Source of the DNA: Promethearchaeota archaeon
GTDB taxonomy: Archaea > Asgardarchaeota > Hermodarchaeia > Hermodarchaeales > Hermodarchaeaceae
Assembly (NCBI GenBank): GCA_048939595.1
Contig: JBHLPI010000001.1
Span: forward strand, 16,267-80,266
Reading direction: 5' to 3'
Length of the DNA stretch: 64,000 nucleotides
Below, in pieces: positions 18,685-28,747 of this stretch. Below the pieces are notes generated by a model. It was not told where the DNA came from and ran no database searches. It saw only the letters and a program-made list of their open reading frames with translations. A program made the translations under genes and the position numbers. How positions within the stretch are numbered: position 1 is the stretch's first letter; each line of letters starts with the position of its first letter.

Positions 18685-19760
18685 CAGAAATAGAGTATAG
18701 CATGGGCCCTCAGCATGCTGGCACAGGTCATATGCGAATGAAAGTTCGCTTATCTGGAGACCGGGTTATTCAAGCATTACCTGATCCGGGTTACGTGCAT
18801 CGCGGTGCTGAAAAACTCTGCGAGTTAAAAGAATTCTTTTGGAATATTCCACTTCTTGAACGTGTTTGTCTTCCGGATACAACTCCAGCTGCTTGGGGAT
18901 ATGTTCTCGCTGTAGAACGGCTTATGGGACTAGTACCTACAGAACCAGCCCGCTATATCCGAGCCCTGTTTGCAGAAATGAATCGCATTGTGAGCCACCT
19001 ATATTGGCTAGCAATTTTTGGAATCTTTCTGGGTCACTCAACGATGTTCATGTGGCCCTTTGCTGAACGTGAACCCTTCATTGAACTTGCTGAAGCAATA
19101 TCGGGTTCAAGGCTTACTCATAGCGACATCTATCCGACCGGGGTTCGACAAGCCCTTCCAGACAACTTTGCCCCAAGGATGAAAAAAGTAATTAAGCATT
19201 TCCAAAAGCGCCTTGTCGATTATGAACGAATTTTTTTCACTACAGCCATTTTCAAACAGCGAACAAAAGAAATTGGTATCCTCACGAAGGAAGATGCCAT
19301 CCGACTAGGTACAACCGGACCAGTTCTACGTGGTTCTGGGGTGAATTACGATATACGGAAGATCGATCCCTATGGACCATATCCCAAATTAGATTTCGAG
19401 CCTGTTGTTAGGGATGAAGGCGATAGTTATTCCCGGGCAATGGTCCGATTAGAGGAAATGCGAGTAAGTGCAGCCTTAATTGAACAAATCTTAGATCAGA
19501 TTCCTCCGGGGGAAGTCCGTCTAAAAACCCCGAAAAAGGTTCCCGCGGGGGTAGCTTATACCCGGGTTGAATCCGCACGTGGAGAGTTAGGATATCTGGT
19601 TGTAAGCCATGGTGAGAAACAGCCTAGCCGAGTGAAAGTAAGTACACCATGCTTCCGACATCTTCCAGCTCTTGAGTTCCTCCTCAAGAATATTGACCTC
19701 GCAGACATTCCGAGTATCTATTGGAGTCTCGATTATTGGCCACCAAATGCGGACAGGTAG
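18681..19760 (+). CDS. nuoD: Complex I subunit D (NuoD, 49 kDa-like); not a [NiFe] hydrogenase large subunit
   Basis: MGPQHAGTGHMRM N-terminus. The N- and C-terminal CxxC NiFe-binding motifs are absent. ATGA overlap with nuoC. Confidence 0.8.
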   Translation: MTEIEYSMGPQHAGTGHMRMKVRLSGDRVIQALPDPGYVHRGAEKLCELKEFFWNIPLLERVCLPDTTPAAWGYVLAVERLMGLVPTEPARYIRALFAEMNRIVSHLYWLAIFGIFLGHSTMFMWPFAEREPFIELAEAISGSRLTHSDIYPTGVRQALPDNFAPRMKKVIKHFQKRLVDYERIFFTTAIFKQRTKEIGILTKEDAIRLGTTGPVLRGSGVNYDIRKIDPYGPYPKLDFEPVVRDEGDSYSRAMVRLEEMRVSAALIEQILDQIPPGEVRLKTPKKVPAGVAYTRVESARGELGYLVVSHGEKQPSRVKVSTPCFRHLPALEFLLKNIDLADIPSIYWSLDYWPPNADR

Positions 19761-19766
19761 TGATGA

Positions 19767-20816
19767 ATGTTGCAGATTCTCGAAACGATTAACATCTTAA
19801 TTCAGCAAATGATTACCTTTGTTTTAACAAACTTAACGACAATATTCCTCCTCACTGTGTTTCCTGGATTTCTCACCATCGTCCTTGCAGCTGCAGCAAT
19901 TATTTGGTTTGAACGAAAATTCCTTGCGAAAATGCAGTTACGTGTTGGTCCCCAATACGCAGGGCGTATCGGAGGAATCTTACAACCCGTCGCGGATTTC
20001 TTGAAGCTTATCTTCAAAGAAGGAATTGTCCCTAAACGTGCGGATAGTTTCTTTTATCAATTAGCACCAATTCTTATTGTCACCCTAGCAGCAGTCACCG
20101 CCACTGTAATTCCCGTCGGACCCACTGCCGTCATCGCCAATCTTGAATATGGATTATTATTCATTTTTGCTGCTGGTGCACTTTTTCCCGTTCTTGCTTT
20201 CTTAACTGCATGGGCGAGTAACAGTGCTTATCCGTTTCTGGGTGGTCTTCGTGCGCTTCTTCAGATGATGGCATATGAAGTACCTTTATGGCTGTCAGCG
20301 GTGGGTGTTGTTATTCTGGCTGGATCATTCAATCTCACAGCTATCGTATTGGCCCAAAATTGGCTTTGGTTTGCAATCCTCATGCCTTTAGGAGCGGTAG
20401 TCTTTTTCACCGCAATGCTTGTTGAGCTTGAACGCATTCCCTTCGATTTACCAGAAGCAGAACCAGAAATTGTGACAGGATACATGAGCGAATACTCGGG
20501 TATGAACTTTGGCTTAATGATGATGTCACAGTATCTGAAACTCTACCTTGGAGCCCTACTTTTCACTACCCTTTTCTTAGGTGGGTGGCTAATGCCACCA
20601 TTCATCACTACGATACTTCCCTTTATTCCGCCCTTCATATGGACCCTTCTCAAAACTGCTTTTGTGATTGTCCTCTTTCTACTCCCACGAGGAATCTATC
20701 CCCGTGTTAAAATCTCGAAACTCCTTAAACTGGGTTGGAACCGCCTCTTCTTCATTGCTGTTGTAAACCTGGTCTTGGTAGTTGGAATTATGTTTGTTCT
20801 TGGAGGTGTTCCCTAG
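19767..20816 (+). CDS. nuoH: Complex I subunit H (NuoH/ND1)
   Basis: FERKFLAKMQLRVGPQYAG...GILQPVADFLKLIFKE signature. Confidence 0.85.
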   Translation: MLQILETINILIQQMITFVLTNLTTIFLLTVFPGFLTIVLAAAAIIWFERKFLAKMQLRVGPQYAGRIGGILQPVADFLKLIFKEGIVPKRADSFFYQLAPILIVTLAAVTATVIPVGPTAVIANLEYGLLFIFAAGALFPVLAFLTAWASNSAYPFLGGLRALLQMMAYEVPLWLSAVGVVILAGSFNLTAIVLAQNWLWFAILMPLGAVVFFTAMLVELERIPFDLPEAEPEIVTGYMSEYSGMNFGLMMMSQYLKLYLGALLFTTLFLGGWLMPPFITTILPFIPPFIWTLLKTAFVIVLFLLPRGIYPRVKISKLLKLGWNRLFFIAVVNLVLVVGIMFVLGGVP

Positions 20817-21244
20817 TGCCGATCAAAGCGTCCTGGGCTGGACTAAAACAGATATTCAAACGTCGAGTCACCATTAAATACCCAAGTCAAGAATTAGAAC
20901 TGACAAAACGTGAACGTGGTCGCCACGTCTTTTACTTCGACCGATGTATTAGTTGTTCCTTATGCGCTCGGAGCTGCCCAACCTATGCGATTACTATGAT
21001 TGATTACCCAGGGAAAGAGAAGCCGAAGAGACACCCACAAATAGATTATGGTTTATGTATTTTCTGTGGGTATTGTGTCGATGCCTGTCCAAAGGATGCA
21101 CTAGTGCATTCTCGCTATTTTCATTTAGCAAACCGAGAAACTGCTCCGCTGGTTTTCAGTCCTGATCAGTTAGCAGAGATTCCCGAAGGAGAAGACCATC
21201 TTCTCCCATCTAATGAAGAATCTGAAAAGGAGGAAGACCAATGA
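20816..21244 (+). CDS. nuoI: Complex I subunit I (NuoI, 2x[4Fe-4S] ferredoxin-type)
   Basis: CISCSLCARSCP and CIFCGYCVDACP motifs. The GTG start overlaps the nuoH stop (TAGTG). Confidence 0.8.
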   Translation: MPIKASWAGLKQIFKRRVTIKYPSQELELTKRERGRHVFYFDRCISCSLCARSCPTYAITMIDYPGKEKPKRHPQIDYGLCIFCGYCVDACPKDALVHSRYFHLANRETAPLVFSPDQLAEIPEGEDHLLPSNEESEKEEDQ

Positions 21245-21759
21245 TTGATCCATTCTTCTTGCCAGATCTAGCGCTAATCGTAATTGGAGTTCTAACCATC
21301 GCGGCTGCTATAGCAGCCCTTGAGTCAAGAGAGATTGTTTACGGGGCAATTTCATTGGCTGGGATGTTCTTGGGTATTGCAGGGCTGTTCATCTTATTGG
21401 ACGCTTCATATGCAGCGATGTTTCAAATATCTGTGTATATTGGCGCTGTGGTCGTTCTGATCTTCTTTACCATTATGGTCGTTCCCTACGAACATTGGCG
21501 ATATCGGCTCAAACGACCGCGACGGGAATGGATTATTCCCCTGGTTATCAACGCACTCCTATTCAGTGTACTTCTCTACATCTTCTATTCACCCGCAATT
21601 GTTGAAGCCTTGCCAGACCCGGCATTTGGTTGGAACATAACAGATCTTGCCTTAGCTCTTCTGGAGGATTATGGTGTGGCACTATTGATTCTCGGGATCG
21701 TTCTTGCTTCAGCGCTCATAGGAGCCCTAACTTTGATAAAAAAGGAGGATGAAACCTAA
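21241..21759 (+). CDS. nuoJ: Complex I subunit J (NuoJ/ND6)
   Basis: Hydrophobic protein in the syntenic position, with a Gly-rich TM1. Confidence 0.7.
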   Translation: MIDPFFLPDLALIVIGVLTIAAAIAALESREIVYGAISLAGMFLGIAGLFILLDASYAAMFQISVYIGAVVVLIFFTIMVVPYEHWRYRLKRPRREWIIPLVINALLFSVLLYIFYSPAIVEALPDPAFGWNITDLALALLEDYGVALLILGIVLASALIGALTLIKKEDET

Positions 21760-22079
21760 TGGCGACGTTGGTCGTGTATCTGGTAATTGTAGGCTTCCTT
21801 GCGGCGATTGGGCTCTATGGATTGACTAGTAAGCGGAATGTCATGCGATTATTCTTTAGTATTGAAATCCTCATGAATGCAGCGAATTTGAGTTTCGTCG
21901 CTTTTGCCCGGTATGTACTATGGGGAGTTGCTGCGCTGGCTGTCATGGGCCATGCCATTGTGCTATTTGCTATAGCCCTTGAAGCCGCGGAGGCTGCCAT
22001 TGCGCTGGCAATTATTCTCCTCGTCTCACGAGTGCGAGGTTCAGTTGACATTCGTGAGCTTCGTGATCTGGAGGGTTAA
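21759..22079 (+). CDS. nuoK: Complex I subunit K (NuoK/ND4L)
   Basis: FFSIEILMNAANLSFVAF signature in a roughly 100-aa protein. Confidence 0.85.
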   Translation: MATLVVYLVIVGFLAAIGLYGLTSKRNVMRLFFSIEILMNAANLSFVAFARYVLWGVAALAVMGHAIVLFAIALEAAEAAIALAIILLVSRVRGSVDIRELRDLEG

Positions 22080-22084
22080 CCACT

Positions 22085-23617
22085 TTGCAGACGGTCATCG
22101 ATACTATCATAATCTTCCTGCTAACTCATCCGCTAACTTTGGGCATGTTCCTTCCACTCCTCTTTGCAGGCGCAATCTATCTCTTTGCACGACACCGGGA
22201 ACGTACAGCACAATGGGTAAGTATAATTGCAATAGTTCTCTCTATGGGTCTGGTATTGTTACGTGGATTAGAGCTATTCCCCTTTTCGACGTCTTCACCG
22301 CCCTATGTCTTAGAAACGTTTCTCTGGATTCCAACCCTTAATATTACCCTGAGCTTCATGCTCGATGGGCTTAATTTCCCTATAATAATTATCACAGCAA
22401 TTATTACTGCCCTAATAATTTCCTTTAGTCGCTATTACTTTGAAAATGTGAAAAATAATGGTACTTACTTTGCGACGATTCTCCTGATGTATGTTGGAAT
22501 GCTTGGCGTGTTTGTCGCGGCAGATCTTTTCTTATTCTATTTGTTCTGGGAAATCACAATCATACCAGCATATGTTTTTGTCATCTATTGGCGAGAAACA
22601 GGAGTTTCCAAAGTAGAGGCCCAAAAGACTGGTATGAAATTCTTCCTTTGGACACATGTAGGTTCCCTTGTTATGCTAATGGGTCTGATCCTTGTCTTCA
22701 CGTTAACGGGAACCACTAGAATGGTTGACATTCCAGCCGCATTGGCAACGGTGCCAATCGAATTTATGCATATTTTGCAATTTGCTGCGGCTGCAATGAT
22801 ATTCGGATTCATCGTCAAACTTGGCATTTTTCCTTTCCATAGTTGGCTCCCAGATACTTATGTTCAGGCTTCATCACCTGTCACTGCTCTAATTGGGGGA
22901 CTTCTTGCCAATATCGGAGCCTACGGATTGATACGGATTACAGCAAGTTGGTTTCCATCGATTATTGTCGCATGGTCAGTTCCACTGGGTCTACTCGCTA
23001 TATCCTCTATAATCTATGGTGGATATCTTGCCATTGGTCAGAGTGAATTCAAGCGGCGATGGGCCTATTCAAGCGTGAGTCAAGGTGGATACATCCTTCT
23101 TGGCGTTGCATCAGTTTCGGTCCTTGGACTTGCAGGCGCAGCCTTCCATATTATCAATTCGGCGATTATCAAATCCGCCTTATTTCTTACTGCTGGAGCT
23201 TATCTCATGATTGTTCGAACAACGAATATTGATTCCCTTCGTGGTATAGGCACTAAGATGCCGATAACTGGTATTTCCTTCTTACTAGCAGCTTTTGCTA
23301 TGGCCGGAATACCTCCATTAAGCGGGTTTATCAGTGAAATCCTCATCTTCCTGGGAATCTTCACGGTTTCGAATGCATTGATTGTGGCATTAATAGGAGC
23401 CGGTGCAATTTTGGTCACTTTCACTTACGTGCTTGGGCCTATTTACAAGCTCTTTGTGTCACCACCTGAATCAAAACTTACCAACAAGAAGGATCCATCT
23501 CACTGGCAATCAATTCCATTCATCCTCATGACACTCCTTGTAGTTGTCATAGGAATTTGGCCTGACCTAGTTCTAACGCCAATTGGACACTGGGTACTCA
23601 ATCTAGGAGGACTCTAA
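22085..23617 (+). CDS. Additional NuoM/ND4-like (Mrp antiporter-like) membrane subunit, copy 1
   Basis: FYLFWEITIIPAYVFVIYWRETG and HSWLPD motifs of the NuoL/M/N-MrpA/D family. It lies between nuoK and nuoL. Confidence 0.75.
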   Translation: MQTVIDTIIIFLLTHPLTLGMFLPLLFAGAIYLFARHRERTAQWVSIIAIVLSMGLVLLRGLELFPFSTSSPPYVLETFLWIPTLNITLSFMLDGLNFPIIIITAIITALIISFSRYYFENVKNNGTYFATILLMYVGMLGVFVAADLFLFYLFWEITIIPAYVFVIYWRETGVSKVEAQKTGMKFFLWTHVGSLVMLMGLILVFTLTGTTRMVDIPAALATVPIEFMHILQFAAAAMIFGFIVKLGIFPFHSWLPDTYVQASSPVTALIGGLLANIGAYGLIRITASWFPSIIVAWSVPLGLLAISSIIYGGYLAIGQSEFKRRWAYSSVSQGGYILLGVASVSVLGLAGAAFHIINSAIIKSALFLTAGAYLMIVRTTNIDSLRGIGTKMPITGISFLLAAFAMAGIPPLSGFISEILIFLGIFTVSNALIVALIGAGAILVTFTYVLGPIYKLFVSPPESKLTNKKDPSHWQSIPFILMTLLVVVIGIWPDLVLTPIGHWVLNLGGL

Positions 23618-23619
23618 AA

Positions 23620-25245
23620 ATGCTACCAGGAATTCCTCTGCCATATCCATTCTTGCTCCTTTCTCTTCTAATTCCTGTCATCGCTGCAATACTAATCCTT
23701 TTAACAATCCTCGTTGGGAAGCCCTTAGGCCGAAAGGGTGCTGGGCTAATTGCATCGATTGCCATGGCGAGCTCCTTCATCATATTACTCTACGTTCTCA
23801 GTATTGTCTTAGCCGTTGGGCAACCCGTCTATGAAGAATACTATTGGTTTTCAATTGGCCCGGTAATTGTTGAATTCTCCCTCCTTGCTGACTCCCTTAG
23901 CCTCCCGCTTTCATTGGCCATCATTGGTTTGTGTACTGCATCAGCAATCTACAGTATCGAATACATCAAAGACAAGCACGATTTTGCCATGTATTATGTT
24001 CTCCTCCTCTTCTTTGCTCTTGGTATGCTCGGAGTAACCATGGCAACCAACCTCATTGTCTTCTTCATCTTCTTCGAAGGAATGAACATTCCAGCCTACT
24101 TCCTCGTCTCCAACTGGGGAACAAAGAAAGCCAAAATCATCGGCATAAAATACATACTTTATATCTTCATCGGCGCTATCTGTATCCTCACGGCTATTTT
24201 TTGGGTATTTGGAATAACAAGTACCTTGGGAACACCCACACTGAATATCTACGAGCTCCCTGCAATACTCAATCCCCTAGCATCAACAAGTCTACTAATC
24301 ATGCAAAGCCTTGCCCTCCTATTCTCTATAGGATTCTTCGTAAAAATGGCAATCTTCCCTCTCCACTCATGGCTGCCAGACTTTCATGGCGAAGCTCCAG
24401 TACCAATTCACGCTTTACTTAGCGCCGTCATGATCAAAACAGGAGCCTATGGGTTTATTCGAATTACATTCTTTTTCTTCCCATCTGTGGTTCTTCACGC
24501 CTCACTGCTCCTTGCGGTCCTAGCCATCATTACAATGATTTGGGGAGCAGGTATGGCATTAGTTCAAACGGATTACAAACGTGTTCTAGCTTATAGTTCT
24601 GTAAACCAGATTGGTTACATCCTTCTTGGTCTTAGTACCATGAACATCTTTGGAATCACTGGTGCTCTCTTTCATATTCTAACCCATGGTCTTTCCAAAG
24701 GAGTTCTACTTTACACTGCAGGTTCACTGGTGCACTCCGCAGGAACAAAACTCATCAGTAAAATGGGAGGGCTAGCCTCTAAAATGCCATTAACCTCATC
24801 CCTGAGTACAATTGGAGCACTAGCCATTGCGGGAACACCGCCTCTTGCCACATTCGTCAGTGAAGTCTTAATCTTCATGGGCGTTTTCACTGTTGGCTTC
24901 ACCTATCCGATCTTTACAGTCATAGGAATTATCGGAGTTATTTCCACTGCACTCACTGCTGCCTATTATTTGTGGACAGTTCGAAGAATATTCTTCGGTC
25001 CACCATCTAGAAAAATGGACAAAATGTATGAGGACTATCTTGCTGGCGAGTACACCCCTCCAGAAGGAATTCCACGGCGTTTCAAAGATGTCCATGAATC
25101 ACCGCCCCTGATGACTATTCCAATGCTTATTGTTGCATTCCTTATTGTTAGCTTTGGAGTCTTCGCGGGCTTCATTCTCCCAATCCTCTATCCCGCTGCT
25201 GAAGCCATCGTAACAATGCTTACAGCGACCATAGGAGGACTCTAA
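23620..25245 (+). CDS. Additional NuoM/ND4-like (Mrp antiporter-like) membrane subunit, copy 2
   Basis: FFIFFEGMNIPAYFLVSNWG and HSWLPDFHGEAP motifs. Confidence 0.75.
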   Translation: MLPGIPLPYPFLLLSLLIPVIAAILILLTILVGKPLGRKGAGLIASIAMASSFIILLYVLSIVLAVGQPVYEEYYWFSIGPVIVEFSLLADSLSLPLSLAIIGLCTASAIYSIEYIKDKHDFAMYYVLLLFFALGMLGVTMATNLIVFFIFFEGMNIPAYFLVSNWGTKKAKIIGIKYILYIFIGAICILTAIFWVFGITSTLGTPTLNIYELPAILNPLASTSLLIMQSLALLFSIGFFVKMAIFPLHSWLPDFHGEAPVPIHALLSAVMIKTGAYGFIRITFFFFPSVVLHASLLLAVLAIITMIWGAGMALVQTDYKRVLAYSSVNQIGYILLGLSTMNIFGITGALFHILTHGLSKGVLLYTAGSLVHSAGTKLISKMGGLASKMPLTSSLSTIGALAIAGTPPLATFVSEVLIFMGVFTVGFTYPIFTVIGIIGVISTALTAAYYLWTVRRIFFGPPSRKMDKMYEDYLAGEYTPPEGIPRRFKDVHESPPLMTIPMLIVAFLIVSFGVFAGFILPILYPAAEAIVTMLTATIGGL

Positions 25246-25246
25246 T

Positions 25247-27280
25247 ATGCTTCTGTACGCACAATGGCTCGCATGGATCATTCCCGTCCTCGGTGCGATT
25301 CTTATCGCTACAGTTGGATGGTTCGATAAGCGGCTTCCCAAATACATTGCTGTTGTTGTTGGGGCTATTGCCGCTATATTCGCTGTTTCCATGATTCAAG
25401 ATATACTTGCCTTACCATCCTTAGGAGTAGCTTACCTTGAATTCAATTATCCATGGGTAGTGCTACCTGGAATCACAATCTATGTTGGAGTTCTCCTCGA
25501 TCCATTAAGTGTCTTCATGAGCAACATTGCCATCCTCATCGGCTTCCTGATCATCGTCTATTCCATGAGCTATATGGGTGAAGATAAAAGCCAAACCCGC
25601 TACTATGCGATGATTCTTCTCTTCATCGGTGCTATGACAGGCCTCGTACTTTCTAACAACTTTCTCCAATTATTCATCTTCTGGGAAATTGTGGGAATCT
25701 GCTCATACGCACTAATCGGATTCTGGTATGAAAAACCGGAGGCGGCGCGGGCTGGAATGAAAGCCTTTGTCGTGACTCGTGTGGGCGACGTGCTCCTTCT
25801 GATCGGTATCGTATTCCTTTTCACGCAGGTAGGATCTTTTAACTACATTATCATTCAAAACGCCGTACAACTTGGTATGGTTAGCCTTTTTGCACTCACC
25901 ATGGTTTCGCTCTTCACCTTTGGTGGTGCCATGGGTAAATCTGCGCAAGTTCCATTTCAAGTCTGGCTTCCAGATGCTATGCAGGGTCCAACACCCGTTA
26001 GCGCTCTGATCCACGCAGCGACAATGGTCAAAGCGGGCATCTATCTTGTGGGTCGAACCTTCTTTCTTTTTGGTTCTGTCACACTTTGGCTTAATACAGT
26101 CATCATTATCGGTTCAATCACTTCAATACTTGCAGCAACAATAGCTTTAGCTTCCACTGATCTCAAAGGTGTTCTCGCCTATTCAACGATAAGCCAACTT
26201 GGTCTTATCATGGCTGCACTCGGAGTCGGAACGGCAGTAGGATGGTTTGCAGGTCAAGCGCACGTGATGAGCCATGCCATCTTTAAAGCCTTACTCTTCC
26301 TTTGCGCAGGTTCAGTCCTTCATGCTGTCATGACTAATGATATCAACCAGATGGGAGGGCTCCGCCATAAAATGCCAATAACATTTGCAGCAAGCGTGAT
26401 TGGTGTTTTAGCGTTAGGCGGTATATTTCCCTTTAATGGATTCTGGAGTAAAGATCTCATATTTGCAGCTACCTTGAACTCTGGTGCACTCATACCCCTA
26501 GTTCTGCTTTGGGCGGCGTCTGTGTTTACTGTGGCGTATAGTTTCCGGTGGATAATTTTGATTTTCTTAGGTGAACCACGAAATGAGGAAGTCGTTTTGC
26601 ATGCCCATGAAAGTCCCAAGTTAATAACCATCCCACTAACCATCTTAGCCACGGCCGTTATCATTTCAGCAGTTCTCATTCCCACAGGATTACTGGCAAC
26701 CTATTTTGATGTTCATATCCATTTTGAAATCGAACTGATCCCACTCTTGCTTTCGCTCTCTACCCTTGCAATCGGAGGGATTCCAGCGATTTTAGTCTAC
26801 AAATATCGAAAGCCAGGACCAGAAACATTTGGGCGAAACCGCATAAGCGGTGTGATACAAAAGGTGTTAAGCAATGGATATTACTTTGACAAAGTCTATG
26901 ACTGGGTTTTTGTACGTGGTACACTTCGAATTTTTAATTTCATCCTATCACGAATTGAACTTGGCACCATTGACCGATTCCACTATGTTTTGGCACCCAA
27001 AGTAGAAGCTGGAAGCCTCAAGTTAGAACAGGTAGTCGAGCATCGAGGATTTGATAGTGCTAATAGCAAATTTTCGCAATTCATAGTCAAAACATCGAAT
27101 GCCAGCAACTATGTAGATGTGAATATAGTTGATGGAGTAGTCAACAGAATCGCCACTGCAGGAGAGAGAGCCTCCAAAGGTCTACGGCGAGTACAAACAG
27201 GTGTCACAATGAACTATATCCTCGCCTTTGTAATTGGGATAGTTCTACTGATTCTATTTCTGGTAATATTGGGTTGGTGA
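25247..27280 (+). CDS. nuoL: Complex I subunit L (NuoL/ND5) with the long C-terminal extension
   Basis: 677 aa, with the NuoL signature FIFWEIVGICSYALIGFWYEKPEAARAGMKAFVVTRVGDV. Confidence 0.85.
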   Translation: MLLYAQWLAWIIPVLGAILIATVGWFDKRLPKYIAVVVGAIAAIFAVSMIQDILALPSLGVAYLEFNYPWVVLPGITIYVGVLLDPLSVFMSNIAILIGFLIIVYSMSYMGEDKSQTRYYAMILLFIGAMTGLVLSNNFLQLFIFWEIVGICSYALIGFWYEKPEAARAGMKAFVVTRVGDVLLLIGIVFLFTQVGSFNYIIIQNAVQLGMVSLFALTMVSLFTFGGAMGKSAQVPFQVWLPDAMQGPTPVSALIHAATMVKAGIYLVGRTFFLFGSVTLWLNTVIIIGSITSILAATIALASTDLKGVLAYSTISQLGLIMAALGVGTAVGWFAGQAHVMSHAIFKALLFLCAGSVLHAVMTNDINQMGGLRHKMPITFAASVIGVLALGGIFPFNGFWSKDLIFAATLNSGALIPLVLLWAASVFTVAYSFRWIILIFLGEPRNEEVVLHAHESPKLITIPLTILATAVIISAVLIPTGLLATYFDVHIHFEIELIPLLLSLSTLAIGGIPAILVYKYRKPGPETFGRNRISGVIQKVLSNGYYFDKVYDWVFVRGTLRIFNFILSRIELGTIDRFHYVLAPKVEAGSLKLEQVVEHRGFDSANSKFSQFIVKTSNASNYVDVNIVDGVVNRIATAGERASKGLRRVQTGVTMNYILAFVIGIVLLILFLVILGW

Positions 27281-27286
27281 GTCATT

Positions 27287-28747
27287 ATGGTTCTTTGGGA
27301 AAATGCATTACTCATATTGATTGGCGGAGCATTACTAGGTTCAGTCATTTTGTACCTGTTGGGTCGATTTGGCGAAAGGATTGTCAAAGGCTTTGCTGTG
27401 ATCTGGACCGCCCTCTTGTTCCTTTTCACAGGACTAATATGGTTAGGATTCAACTCCAGTGCACCAGGATTTTCCTACCTCATCGAAATCCCTTGGATAC
27501 CAACCCTTGGTATTACCTTCAAACTGGGTGTTGATGGGATCAGCTTTCCATTGCTTTTAGCCACAACGCTTCTCACTTTAGCTGCAACGATTGGATCCCT
27601 TACATTAATCAAAGAACGAGTCGCTATGTACTTTGGCACACTCTTACTGCTTGAAGCTGCACTTATTGGAGTATTTGTTTCTCTGAACTTACTTGTCTTC
27701 TTCATCTTTTGGGAACTCGTTCTAATTCCCATGTTTATTCTAATCGGTATTTGGGGCTATGAAAACCGCCGATATGCGGCAATGAAATTCCTAATCTTTA
27801 CCCATGTTGGCAGCATCCTGATGCTCTTGGGATTCATCATACTCTTCCTCTTCGCTGGTACCTGGGATTTGACCTACTTCCTCACTTCACCAATTCCCTT
27901 CGCTGTTGCAGTACCAGTCATGATAATCACTTTCATTGGATTCGCCGTGAAACTACCCATTGTTCCCCTTCACACCTGGCTTCCCGATGCCCACGTTGAA
28001 GCCCCAGCCCCCATAAGCATCATCTTAGCAGGAGTCCTGTTGAAAATGGGAGGCTATGGCTTAATCCGTATTACTATTGGAGTGTTTCCTGAAGTTTCAG
28101 CGTGGCTGGCACCAATCATCATGACCCTAGGCATTATAACGATTTTTTACGGTGCACTGGTCGCATTAAATCAACGTGACATGAAACGTATGATTGCCCT
28201 AACAAGCATCAATCACATGGGACTAGTCCTCCTTGGTGCTTTTACGCTCACAACCATTGGAGTTGCAGGTGCCGTATTTATGATGTTCAATCATGCCTGT
28301 GCAATAGGTATGATGTTTCTGCTTACAGGCGTTATCCAAAAACGCACAGGAACTCGAAACATAGACGAACTATCAGGTATGGGCAAATTCATGCCTTGGA
28401 CAGCCTTTTTCTTCGTTTTAGGTTCACTTGCCTCTATGGGAATACCATTCTTTGCACCCTTCGTCAGCGAATTCATGATCTTTACTGGCGCTCTTTCAAT
28501 TCTACCGCTTCTGGTGTTTATTATTCTCGCACCAGGAATTGTCGCGGCCTATTTTCTATGGACAATTGATCGCATTGTAATTACTGACCCACGCCCAGGA
28601 ACCCGTATGCGACGTGCTCGTAATACAGAACTTATCGCGCTTACGTTGTTACTGATTCCAGTTATTCTCCTTGGACTCCTTCCTGCGATGATGGTTGACC
28701 GGATTATTCCAGCTGTACAAGTCTTACTAAGCTTTGGAGGTTCGTAG
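27287..28747 (+). CDS. nuoM: Complex I subunit M (NuoM/ND4)
   Basis: FKLGVDGISFPLLL and FFIFWELVLIPMF signatures. Confidence 0.85.
   Translation: MVLWENALLILIGGALLGSVILYLLGRFGERIVKGFAVIWTALLFLFTGLIWLGFNSSAPGFSYLIEIPWIPTLGITFKLGVDGISFPLLLATTLLTLAATIGSLTLIKERVAMYFGTLLLLEAALIGVFVSLNLLVFFIFWELVLIPMFILIGIWGYENRRYAAMKFLIFTHVGSILMLLGFIILFLFAGTWDLTYFLTSPIPFAVAVPVMIITFIGFAVKLPIVPLHTWLPDAHVEAPAPISIILAGVLLKMGGYGLIRITIGVFPEVSAWLAPIIMTLGIITIFYGALVALNQRDMKRMIALTSINHMGLVLLGAFTLTTIGVAGAVFMMFNHACAIGMMFLLTGVIQKRTGTRNIDELSGMGKFMPWTAFFFVLGSLASMGIPFFAPFVSEFMIFTGALSILPLLVFIILAPGIVAAYFLWTIDRIVITDPRPGTRMRRARNTELIALTLLLIPVILLGLLPAMMVDRIIPAVQVLLSFGGS

Noticed and set aside
18681-19760. Possible [NiFe]-hydrogenase large subunit (Mbh/Ech-like) rather than NuoD
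   Set aside because: Both the N-terminal RxCGxC and the C-terminal DPCxxC nickel-binding motifs are absent.
23931-24422. Antisense or alternative-frame ORFs inside nuo genes (this one and similar at 21815-22051, 25712-26014 and 29185-29697)
   Set aside because: They are embedded in strongly supported membrane-subunit genes, and their translations are Arg/Ser/Pro-rich nonsense.
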